A stretch of 64,000 nt of DNA from Octopus sinensis (lineage: Eukaryota), in assembly GCF_006345805.1 (NCBI RefSeq), contig NC_043009.1:9548001-9612000 (forward strand), written 5' to 3'. The notes under the pieces were generated by a model. That model saw nothing but the letters and a program-made list of their open reading frames with translations, was not told the origin of the DNA and did no database searches. Shown here piece by piece: positions 53,241 to 64,000 of this stretch (its first letter is position 1; every line of letters starts with the position of its first letter). A program made the translations under genes and the position numbers.

Positions 53241-54744
53241 GCTTATAAAGAAATAAGTGAAACTGAATGTAACAGTTTTTCTATGTTATTAAATGAACTA
53301 AAATGACCCTTCAATGATTCACTTGTTCATGCTTGCATGGTCAGACAGAATTCACTGAGACAGATTTTCTATGGCCGGATGCCCTTCCTGTCACCAACTC
53401 TCACCTGTTTCCAAACAAGGTACTATTTCTCCATGTCCAGATATGTTCTTACTAAATATTGGAAATTAATGACATTACTTGCATAACAGTGAGACACATT
53501 TACATAAGCAAAAGGCTTAATTTGCTGTCCAGTTTGATTTCATCATCAGGCCTTTAAGTACCTTTAGTGAAATCCACTACTTGGCATTTAGGCCAGATCC
53601 CTGGTCTGAGAGTATCTTCCTCTTTCCCTCTCATCAGTCTAGGAAGCTCTGTAAAAGGTTATGTAAACTGTACTGTTCTTCTGAGAAAAAGCAAAAGTTC
53701 TCTAATCTGTAAAACAAGAGTGGAATGTCTCCAGGAATACTGCTGCTAGCAGAATTATATATCCTATTCATGGACTCAGTTACAATGACAGAGTCCAAAA
53801 TCAAAAGTCAATATCCTCTCCTGCATTCCTTATTTATGATACATATTTAAAAACAGAAATATTCATAATATTTAATGTATATCATTTGAAATTCAACAAA
53901 AGCTTCAAGCATTTTTTTAAAGTTATGTGTTCTTCACTATTTTCCATTCTGTACTGGTACAATTCACACTAACTCAAACTATTTATTGATTACACTGTTT
54001 AACTGATTTTTGTCCTGGGGCAGCAACTGTTATTCCTTATTTGCTGACCCCTACAAAGTATGAAAAATGGTTAATATTTCCTTCAGACTTTGCTTTTGTT
54101 ACATTCACTCGAACCCTAAAGAATCCCTCTCAACACATGGCTATGATGCTCCCCAACTACTCCTGATCATAATGTCAGCCGTTAAGGGACATACTTAACT
54201 GGTTAAGGTCAAGCAACTGACAAGCAAATCTGTGGTATTGAGCAGAATATTTGCTATAACGATATTTCTGCTTCAGCAACTCAGCACTGAAACATTGCTG
54301 TCCAGGTCACAAAAGCAAAGTTTGAAGGGAATCAAAATCATTTCCTTTGATTTCTAGACGGAAGCAAATACGAAATAACACTTACTGACCAAAGACAAAA
54401 AAAAATAAAATAAAAATAAAACTTTTGTTACACAGTGTTATAAGGATATAAGCGGTGGGCTTCCAATCAACGTGTAGGACATAATTTTATGATACATTTA
54501 CAAAACAATGTTCAAAATGCAACCAAATAATGATTTGTTTAAGAGATCTGGTCACCAAGTTAGAAGGTAAAGCCATTAACTTAACTCATTTATACCAAAC
54601 CATTATTTTGAAAGGTTTGTATTCAAGTTAAAACCTTCCATCATAAGATTATGTAAGAACCTTTAAGTTATGTTATACATATTGTATTAATAATAAAAAA
54701 GCTAAAATGGTTATTTTGTTTAATTCTTCTAAATTTTTTATACT

Positions 54745-55237
54745 TAAAAGGCATCATTCGAGCATGATCGTTACCAGCGTTGCCTTACTGGCACTCGAGC
54801 CCCGTGCCAGTAGGGTATTAAGAGCACCATCCGAGCGTGATTGTTGCCAGAGCAGCTATCTGGCCTCCATGCTGGTGGCACGTAAAAGACACCATTTGAG
54901 TGCAATCATTACCAGCATCGCCTTACTGGCACCTGTGCCGATTGCATGTGTAAAAGATTCGAGCGAGGTTGTTGCCAGTACCGCCTGACTGGCCCCGTGC
55001 TGGTGGCACGTAAAAGCACTATTTGAGCGTGGCTGTTGCCAGTACCGCCTGACTGGCCCCGTGCTGGTGGCACATAAAAGCATCCACTACACTCTCGGAG
55101 TGGTTGGCGTTAGGAAGGGCATCCAGCTGTAGAAACTCTGCCAGATCAAGATTGAAGCCTGGTTCACCAGTCCTCAGTCATTCGTCCAATCCATGCTAGC
55201 ATGGAAAGCGGACGGTAAACGATGATGATGATGATGA
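54745..55237 (+). mobile_element. RTE LINE 3' tail with tandem units
   Basis: Includes a duplicated ttgccagtaccgcctgactggccccgtgctggtggcac unit and a (GAT)n tail. Confidence 0.85.
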
Positions 55238-55829
55238 ATGTTTTTGCACTGCTTTCACAGATTCCCATGATTCTCTGTCGCCATCCAATTCCATTATTAC
55301 GAATCTGAATTGGGAGCTTGAGTCATAGTGAATCTTTCATTAGCTTGTTACACAACCATGGATGCCACCCCTATGGATGCATTGCAGTTATTCTCTTTAG
55401 AGAGCTTGGTGATCCTGATCATTGACCTTCTAGGATTCCTTTGCTCAGCATCAATGTAAGAAGCATTTTTGGCTCAGTTGAGCTCTTCTGCTGCCTCTCC
55501 ACAATCCACCATGCTGCAGTCCCATGACTTTGCTGTATCCTTGACAGGGTGGCTGAATGGGTGCTGTGCCTTGCTAAAGGGCAGTCCGTAACTATACAGG
55601 GCACAGTCATCACTCTGTAAGGTATTTCCAAAATACCCACATACCCAATCAAAATACCCACACACCTAATTAAGAGTAAGATATAGACTATTTCATTAGA
55701 AATATGGTAATGAAAGAGTTAAAAAAACTCCTTCCCTGTCTGATGATATGAATGTAATTCGATATACTATTAAATTCAAGATACTTTCACATTAGCCCCT
55801 TGAGGGCAATAAAGAAATAAGATACTTAC

Positions 55830-55895
55830 ACATGAACTCAAGGTATCTACATGCATAATACTGGAAATACTATTATATTTATCTTCCGTTTTCCC
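55830..55895 (-). CDS. Membrane protein, 66-nt cytoplasmic exon
   Basis: Acceptor ttttacttttctctttgcag, donor TGT|gtaagt, phase 0-0, open frame GKTEDKYNSISSIMHVDTLSSC. Confidence 0.78.
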
Positions 55896-55949
55896 CTGCA
55901 AAGAGAAAAGTAAAACAGGTAACGTTTAGAAACATCAAAATATTCATTC

Positions 55950-56445
55950 TGAGATATGCTGTGATTGTGAAGACCCAACAAATGAAGTGAGTTCATGGCT
56001 AGCAGGACGGCCTGCTGTGCTAACCTTGCATCAAAGAGTGACCCGCTGTTCTTGAGGAGACCTATTGAGTCAAGTACGTCAACACCAACATCAAAATAAA
56101 AATCAAATGGAAATTGTAGTTAAGATACCCGTGACGGTAATACGTAAAAAGCGCTGTCCGAACGCGACAGATGCCAGCGCCACCTGACTGGCGTCCATGT
56201 TGGTGACACGTAAAAGCACCAGCCAATTGTGGCCGTTTGCTAGCCTCCTCTGGCCCCTGTGCCGGTGGAATGTAAAAAGCACCCACTACACTCATGGAGT
56301 GGTTGACATTAGGAAGGGCATCCAGCTGTAGAAACACTGCCAGATAAGACTGGAGCCTGCTACAGCCTCCTGGCTTCCCAGATCCCGGTCAAACCGTCCA
56401 ACCCATGCTAACATAGAAAACGGAAGTTAAACGATGAGATGACGA
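55950..56445 (+). mobile_element. RTE LINE 3' UTR, same subfamily as 47370-47858
   Basis: Both begin tctgagatatgctgtga.tgtgaagacccaacaaatgaagtgagttcatggct. Confidence 0.8.
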
Positions 56446-56659
56446 TGTTATAGTTCAGCCTTTGTTTTAAATTCACTGCTTTTAAAACAGACAATAAATA
56501 TTATTATCAATCAATCAACATCCATAGCCAAACAGAGGTTGTAAGTAAAGCCCAACACACTTAACTTTCTCCCTTTAAACCAACTCAAGTTTTCCACTAT
56601 CACTCTCTATGTCCATCCCTTACAACTGTTTAACCATTCATTTTGTACAGTTCTATATA

Positions 56660-56738
56660 CGGGCATATGGCGTAGTGGTTAAGAGCGAGGGCTACTAACC
56701 CCAAGATTCCGAGTTCGATACCAAGCAGTGACTTGAAC

Positions 56739-56769
<31 letters not shown>

Positions 56770-56922
56770 TCGAAAAATATCCTAGGAATGAGAACCCAGG
56801 TTCGAAATTTCTCCAAGACACCTAAAGAAGGCTGGAGGGTATATCAGCCGAAATATTGTGTTAACAACAAACAAGGTGAGGACAAATATCTGTCGAATGT
56901 AAATAATGTAAATAATGTACAT
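56660..56922 (+). mobile_element. tRNA-headed SINE with (AAT)n and a decayed hammerhead motif
   Basis: A box ggcgtagtggtt, B box gagttcgatacc, (AAT)n, then GACAC-CTAAAGA-A-GGCTG...CAGCC-GAAA-TATT-GTGTT at 56817-56862, ending in (aaataatgta)x2. Confidence 0.7.
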
Positions 56923-57783
56923 TTATTTTGTAGTTTTCATATGAATTCATTTATTAAATTGCGAGTTGAAAGAATCATTACTGCACCAGACAAAATATTT
57001 AGTGGCATTTCTTCTAACTCTTTATGACCTGAGTTGGCTGTGTGGTAAGAAGTTTGCTTCCCAACCACATGGTTCTGGGTTCAGTCCCACTGCATGGCAT
57101 CTTGGGCAAGTGTCTTCAACTATAGCCTCAGGCCAACCAAAGCCTTGTGAGTGGATTTGGTAGACGGAAACTGGAAGAAGTGTGTGTGTGTGTAGATGTT
57201 CCCCCACCACCACCTGACAACTGGTGTTGTGTTTATGCCCCCTGTAACTTGGCAGTTTAGCAAAAATGACTGATAGAATAAGTATCAGTCTTAAAAAAAA
57301 AATAAGTACTAGGGTTGATTCATTTGACTAAAAATTCCTCAAGGTAATGCCCCAGTATGGCCACAGTCTAATGACTGAAACAAGTAAACGATAAAAGAAT
57401 ATACTAATCATACACTTAAAAAAAAAACCATCTTCTTTTAAAATGTATGTAGAGATGTAAGATGGCCAAGTGCACTTAGTATTGGAATACTTGTTTTGTG
57501 GGTTGTGAGTCTAAATCTCATGCAATCATTTTGTAGTATCTCAACTTGTTTCACGTCACCTAGCAAATGCAAATAAATCTGAGATCATTTAAGAATGTTC
57601 TTTTTTTTTTTATGATTCATTCAGAGTGGCTGTGTGGTAAGTAGCTTGCTTATCAACCACATGGTTTCGGGTTCAGTCCCACTGCGTGGCACCTTGGGCA
57701 AGTGTCTTCTACTATAGCCTCGGGCCGTCCAAAGCCTTGTGAGTGGATCTGGTAGACAGAAACTGAAAGAAGCCCGTCATATA

Positions 57784-57861
<78 letters not shown>

Positions 57862-58133
57862 ATATGTTTGTGTGTCTGTGTTCCCCCCCCCCCAACATCG
57901 CTTGACAACTGATGCTGGTATGTTTACATCCCCGTAACTTAGTGGTTCGGCAAAAGAGACCGATAGAATAAGTACTAGGCTTACAAAGAATAAGTCCTGG
58001 GGTCGATTTGCTCGACTAAAGGCAGTGCTCCAGCATGGCCGCAGTTAAATGACTGAAACAAGTAAAAGAGTAGAGAGAGAGTAACAGCATGCATGACTAT
58101 TGATCTCTGTATGGTCTCTAAGACTGGTGAGTG

Positions 58134-58178
<45 letters not shown>

Positions 58179-58612
58179 GCACATCAAGATACTGCATTAT
58201 CTATTCTCAGACCAGTTCTCTTGTCTAAATCCTACCAAAGGTTTAGCGAAGGGGTGGTGTTAAAACAAACAATGAGCCAAGAATATTCATCAAGAAATAT
58301 ACGTTGGAATAGAGTGATACCCTACATAGAGAGGTTTCTATTCTTGTTCTTGAAACACCATGAAACTAGAGCAAAACTCCAATCCTGAAATGTATCTCTG
58401 TATGTTAGATGACACTTATATTTGCATTACTCCTTTATATTATAGAGAAATACTTCCCGGTCATCTTAATCATTCATTTCCTTGGAAATGATAATAAGTC
58501 TTTGATTTTCTTCTTAGATTAACATTCAGAAACTTCTGTCTGCACTCCCATAGACATTAAAATCCAAAATAATGATTAAATGACTTATGATTATATAGCA
58601 GCAGCAGCAACA

Positions 58613-58996
58613 GTGGAGGTGCAATAGCCCAGTGGTTAGGGCAGCGGACTCGCGGTCGGAGGATCGCGGTTTCGATTCCCAGACCAGGCGTTGTGTGTGT
58701 TTATTGAGTGAAAACGCCTAAAGCTCCATGATGCTCCAGCAGGGGGTGGTGGCGACTCCTGTTGTACTCTTTCGCCCCAACTTTCTCTCACTCTTTCTTC
58801 CTGTTTCTTGTCCCCGACTTCCTATGCAACTGCTGAGCTTGGATGCGCATTCATCCATCTGTCGATGCTCTCAGTGTCAGGGGTTGACCTGATTTCTCTT
58901 CTGCAGGTCTTACGAATAGCAAAGGACCACGTTTCGGACTTCTCCCACTGTGAGCTCTAGGACGAAGACTGCTTCACTCAACAAACAAACAAACAA
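58613..58996 (+). mobile_element. SINE family D, full length, with 13-bp TSD
   Basis: agcagcagcaaca at 58600-58612 and 58997-59009; tRNA-like head, (AAAC)n tail. Confidence 0.88.
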
Positions 58997-59065
58997 AGCA
59001 GCAGCAACAACAAATAAAGAAGTACAGGAAAGGAAAAAAAATTAAATAAAAGTAAATCAACTTAC

Positions 59066-59105
59066 AGGATATTCAAATGGTATCTTATCAACAAACTTTT
59101 TGGAC
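59066..59105 (-). CDS. Membrane protein, 40-nt juxtamembrane exon
   Basis: Acceptor cattttctggttttcag, donor CCT|gtaagt, phase 2-0. Encodes (R)SKKFVDKIPFEYP and exactly bridges the phase-2 TM exon to the phase-0 downstream exons. Confidence 0.78.
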
Positions 59106-59524
59106 CTGAAAACCAGAAAATGATAAGTTTAATGAATTAAAAAGCTGAAAGTAAGTAGACTAATGTTTTAACTGGAATTAAATATTTTTTAGACAACTTG
59201 CTAGCAATAATATATAAATACTAGTTGGGTATTTCATTGCTGGGCAATTTTCATAATAGAATACTTATTACAATTTTTTGTTCTGTGTTAGACCATGTCT
59301 TCTCCAGTGGATAGGCTTCTTGATCCGGAGAGATCTCTGCATTATTTGGGACAATTTATAATGTATCGATGAAATATGGTTTTGGTTTTTCTGTTTGGTG
59401 CAAAGATGTAAAGATTTTCCTTAGCTTGCTGCTAATGCATTGTGAGGGTCTTTTGACTGTTGCCCAAATGGAATTTCTTACAGATATGCGCACACACATA
59501 CCATGTGAGCGATGTAAATTTTAC

Positions 59525-59563
59525 CTGATGCAAACTATGGACACATAAAAGGTGCAGCAATAT
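59525..59563 (-). CDS. Candidate 39-nt cassette exon of the membrane protein
   Basis: Acceptor ttttccttcttaaccttcctcag, donor AG|gtaaaa, phase 2-2. Encodes (R)YCCTFYVSIVCI(R); frame kept whether included or skipped. Confidence 0.45.
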
Positions 59564-59779
59564 CTGAGGAAGGTTAAGAAGGAAAATATTGTACAGGTAC
59601 AATAAGCACTAGAAATGTACAGGAAATAGATTGCATCAAATACTAGGTGGGGTGTATACCTAGAAATAGTTGATAGCTTATTCTTCATATCACTGAATGC
59701 TTTTCAAGCAAGGCCTCTATGCCCTTTGTTTTTTTCTGACCTCACCATGAATGTTTTGAGGTATTGAAGTCAGACACAT

Positions 59780-60570
59780 ACTTTATTTACAGTTATCTAG
59801 CTGACCAAGTAGGTAGTGAAAGTAGATGTTCTGAGAGTATACCTGCAAGAATAAGAATAGGTTGGGCAAAGTTCAGAGAGCTTCTACCTTTGTTGGTAAC
59901 AAAGGACTTCTCCCTCAGAATGAAAGGCAGACTGCATGATGCTTGAGTGCAAACAGACGTGCTACACTGCAGTGAAATATGGGCTGTGACTGCAGAAGAC
60001 ATGAGAAGGCTTGAAAGAAATGAATCCCATATGCTTTGCTGGATGTGCAATGTCGATGTGAATGCACAACAGAGATTGAATGTCTTGAGGAAAAAAATAG
60101 GGCATAAGAGGCATCAGATGTGGTGTGCAAGAGAGACAAATGCACTAGTATGGTTATGTGATGCATATAGATGATGACAGCAGTGTAAAAAAGTACCAAG
60201 CTCTAACTGTGGAAAGAACCTGTGGAGGAGGTAGACCCAGGAAGACATGGGACGAGATGGTGAAGCATGATCTTCAAATGTTGGGGCCAATGGAGCTGAT
60301 GACAAGTGACTGAAACCTTTGACGATATGCTGTGCTTGAGAAGACTTGTCAAACCAAGTGAAATTATAGTCAAGGCTGTTGCCAGTCTCATGGTCGCATG
60401 TTAAAAGTACCCGTTACATTCTCAGAGTGGTTGGCATTAGGAAGGGCATCAAACCATAGAAACCATGCCAAATCAGACTGGAACCTGGTGCAGCCCTCCA
60501 GCTTACAAGTTACAGTCAAACCGTCTAACCCATGTCAGCATAGAAAGTGGATGTTAAACGATGATGATGA
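59780..60570 (+). mobile_element. RTE LINE 3' coding end plus tail
   Basis: ARIRIGWAKFRELLPLL, AEDMRRLERNE..MLCWMCNV, GRPRKTWDEMVKHDL; stops and frameshifts. Confidence 0.88.
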
Positions 60571-61157
60571 TGTGTATATATTTATGTATTTGTATATATA
60601 TATGTGTGTGAAAGCGCATGGCTCAGTGGTTAGAGCGTCGAGCTTACGATTGTGAGGTTGTGAGTTTGAATCCCGGACCGGGCTGCACGTTGTGCTCTTG
60701 AGCAAGACACTTTATTTCACGTTGCTCCAGTTAACTCAGCTGTAGAAATGAGTTGTGATGTCACAGGTGCCAAGCTGAATTGGCCTTTGCCTTTCCCTTG
60801 GATAACACTGGTGGCATGGAGAAGGAAGGCCGGTATGCATGGGTGACTGCTGGTCTTCCATAAACAACCTTGCATGTACTTGTGCCTGGGAGGATAACTT
60901 TCTAGGTGCAATCCCACGGTCAGTCATGACCGAAGGGGGCCTCAATATATATGTGTGCATGTATGTCTCAGTCTCTACATATATGCACACACACATACAC
61001 AACAGGCTCCTTTCAGGTTCAAATCCACTCATAAGGCTTTAGTTGACCCAGGGCTATAGTAGAACACACTTGCCTAAGGAGTCACACAGTGGGACTGAGT
61101 CCAGAACCTTGTAGTTGGAAAGAAAATTTCTCACCACATAGTCATGCCCACATCTAT

Positions 61158-61189
<32 letters not shown>

Positions 61190-61999
61190 GAAGAGCACTA
61201 CAAAAAAAATCTACAACAGTTGCCACTCACAAGTGAATATGACTTGTAGAGTGTATCATGCTTTTGATAATTGTTTTACATGCCTACATAGCTGCAAGCA
61301 TCCATGGACATTCTCTTGGATCTCTCACCATTGACCTAGCAGTACATCCAGGATGTGACAGCTGTGCCAGCACTTGGCTTGTACTCAGTTAAGTGAGCTG
61401 GAGCAACATGAAGTGAAGTGTCTCACTGAAGGACACAATGCATCATGTCCTAGGAATCGAAGCCATGACATTATAACTGTGAACATAGGTGTAGGAGTGG
61501 CTGTGTGGTAAGTAGCTTGCTTCCCAACCACATGGTTCTGGGTTTAGTCTTGCTGCAGGGCACCTTGGGCAAGTGTCTTCTACTATAGCCTCGGGCCAAC
61601 CAAAGCCTTGTGAGTGGATTTGGTAGACGGAAACTGAAAGAAGCCCGTCGTATGTATATATGTGTGTGTTTGTGTTTATCCCCCCCAACATCGCTTGACA
61701 ACCTGATGCTGGTGTGTTTACTTCCCTGTAACTTAGCAGTTCGGCAAAAGAGATCGATAGAATGAGTACTAGGCGTACAAAGGATAAGTCCTGGGGTTCA
61801 TGTGCTCGACGAAAAGGCGGTGCTCCAGCATGGCCACAGTCAAATGACTGAAACAAGTAAAAGAGTTAAAGAATAATGCTCAAACCATTTGGCCAAGCGT
61901 CTTTTGAGAGCAATCATTACTGTAAATAGCAGTGTCTGACTTCAATACCTCGAAACATTCATAGTGAGGTCAGAAAAAAACAAAGGGTATAGAGGCCTT

Positions 62000-62582
62000 G
62001 CTTGGAAAGCATTCAGTGATATGAAGAATATCAAAATATCCAACCTTTTTAGACATAATCTCATAATCTCTATGAATGCAATCTTTATGAGCATGAAACT
62101 TGGAATTGTACTAGCTCTATAGTCACGTCCCTCAATGGCTTTTGTTTTCAGATGCTCCAGATAACCTTCAGTGTTTGCTGGATGCAGAAAGTGACCGATG
62201 AAGAATCTATGCTGACCTTCACCAGTTTATGGCAGGAAGATTGAAGAAGGTGACAGTAACCTGCTGAGTATTGTCTGAGACACCTAAAGTTGTTGCCTGC
62301 CAGCCACGACATTATCAGGAAATGCTCTGTGCTGTTGGCATGTGTAAAAAGATTCGAGCAAGGTCGTTGCCAGTACCACCAAACTGGCCTCCGTGCTGGT
62401 GGCATGTAAAAGCACCCACTACACTCTCAGTGTGGTTGGTGTTAGGAAGGGCATCCAGCTGTAGAAACTCTGCCAGATCAAGACTGGAGCCTGGTGCAGC
62501 CATCTGGTTCGCCAGCCCTCAGTCATTCGTCCAACCCATGCTAGCATGGAAAGCAGACGTTAAATGATGATGATGATGATGT
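62000..62582 (+). mobile_element. RTE-type fragment plus RTE tail
   Basis: Decayed LINE-like segment followed by the standard tail and (GAT)n. Confidence 0.6.
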
Positions 62583-62872
62583 GAGGATGGATCATGGAGC
62601 CTTCTAAGACTCTGATGGAGTACATTGGTACCATGATGGCTGAACACAAGACACTGATGACGGAATGGGGTATGTAGCCCATCTGTCATCATGATCAATA
62701 CAAATGGAAGTTGTAGTTGACAGAGGATGGGGATGAATGATGAAGTATCTTAGATGATTAAACAATAAACCCACATGAATCTCTATTAAAGCATCATCAG
62801 CATCAGTGTTAAAATTTCTCTGTAAATTTCATTTAGCTAACCATAAAATGTACATTTACAACATATTTCTCT

Positions 62873-63148
62873 TGTGGTGTCAGTGGAGAGGATGACAGAT
62901 AGGGGAGGGTGGAAGTAGGGCTTGCAGGGCGCATGCACGGCATGAAGTGGAAGTGGTGAGGGACGACGCATGTGTGGCATCGACGAAGGAGCAGTTGCAG
63001 CTCACACGAGGAAGCGAGGAGACGTATTGACCTGGTTGAGAGAGATCTGATCTTTGCTGAGTTTGGTAGACTAATCTTTGCCGAGGTAAGACCTAATTAT
63101 ATTTCCTTTCTCCTTTTCCTGTTGTCCTCTTTCATCATTCACACCACA
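62873..63148. mobile_element. Solo LTR (276 bp)
   Basis: TGTGGTGT...ACACCACA terminal inverted repeat with TG..CA ends, flanked by the perfect 5-bp TSD TCTCT (62868-62872, 63149-63153). Confidence 0.85.
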
Positions 63149-63399
63149 TCTCTAAAGAGGTTAAAGTAGCCGACCACAATAGGAAATTATCTACTAGTTG
63201 ATTTCAGTTGGATGAGTTTACATGAAACTCTCTTTAATATTCTGTCCTTAATATCTTTGTGCAAATCAAGTAATCTAAAATGAATAGGGGCTCACAGAAT
63301 TTTGAACAGAGGAGCAAAGATTTGTTGAAAATAAGATATTTTGTTATTTAAAAAAAAGAAAAAAACACAAGAGAAACATAAAAAATATTGATTCCATAC

Positions 63400-63475
63400 C
63401 GTTTCACATAGATAAATATAATCCCGAAAATAAACAGCATAATAATCATAGAGCCGATAATGCTCCAAAGGATAC
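63400..63475 (-). CDS. Single-pass membrane protein, transmembrane exon (gene 5' partial)
   Basis: Minus-strand acceptor tttctttccag, donor CG|gtatgg, 76 nt, phase 1-2. Encodes (G)ILWSIIGSMIIMLFIFGIIFIYVK(R): a 23-aa hydrophobic helix followed by basic KR. Confidence 0.8.
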
Positions 63476-64000
63476 CTGGAAAGAAAATAGTAAAGAAATC
63501 AATAAAATCATAATGGCAAAAGTGTGAATGAATGAATGAGCCCGCCTGCCCGTCCGTCCGTCCGTCCGTCCATCCAAACCCGCTCATTCGACTAACCATT
63601 TAATTAATCAGTTATCATTTAATGTCCATTTTTATGCTACAACAAGTGGACAGTTGAGCAGGATCCATCTAGCCTGAGAGATGTGTTGACCTCTAGTGCT
63701 TGCCTTGGCTAGGTTTCTGTGACTGGTTGCCCTTCCTCACACCAGCCACTTTATAGAGTGTACTGGGTGCATATTTTGTGACAACCAGCACCAGAGGGAT
63801 TATCGAGAAATATGCAAGACAAGACCCCTTCATAGAGACACAGAACAGTATTGAGGGAGGTGGATTTGTGCCATGTGCAGAGAGGCTGAAGTAGGAAATA
63901 GGGGCTGGAACAAGTGTCTTGCTGTAGAGGAGATACAGCCGTTCTCTCTTTCCTGTGTCTTGTTATAGAAAAGATACATCTTTTCTCTTTTTTGTGTATC

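Noticed and set aside
53562-53648. Minus-strand exon-like segment LPRLMRGKEEDTLRPGIWPKCQVVDFTK with AG/GT ends
   Set aside because: It is open only in phase 1-1, whereas the receptor intron here is phase 0, where it contains an early TGA. At most a poison exon, with no supporting evidence.
56660-56735. tRNA gene candidates (also 58613, 60611, 35400-35457)
   Set aside because: A/B boxes are present but there is no complete cloverleaf or acceptor stem, and each continues into a repeated body: SINE heads.
59285-59330. Minus-strand CTGGAGA-agac/gtct hammerhead-like motif
   Set aside because: Core mismatches, no GAAA, no stem I.
62972-63169. 65-aa ORF MWHRRRSS...
   Set aside because: Lies almost entirely within the solo LTR; no coding evidence.

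Overview
AT-rich, repeat-dense animal genomic DNA. The SINE/RTE families and the microsatellite load look like Octopus/cephalopod (inference from recognition, no search run). Two spliced genes converge tail-to-tail, both missing their 5' ends. (1) + strand: an HMBOX1-like HNF-class homeobox gene, 5 exons (about 64-149, 3054-3188, 7766-7963, 12984-13079, 16033-16337), all introns GT-AG phase 1. (2) - strand: the 3' end of a single-pass membrane receptor, assembled by hand from small exons the ORF track mostly misses (TM exon 63400-63475, candidate cassette 59525-59563, 59066-59105, 55830-55895, terminal exon 50504-51010). Its tail is about 200 aa, Tyr-rich and non-catalytic. The rest is tRNA-derived SINEs, RTE LINE fragments and tails, mariner and piggyBac-type MITEs, an internally deleted Dong/R4 LINE, a solo LTR, several long fold-back inverted repeats and long microsatellites. 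The most unusual signal is hammerhead-ribozyme motifs in three unrelated repeats: an intact core in the sense strand of homeobox intron 4, paired with its own antisense arm; a decayed copy as the 3' module of a tRNA-headed SINE; and an incomplete one in a second fold-back.
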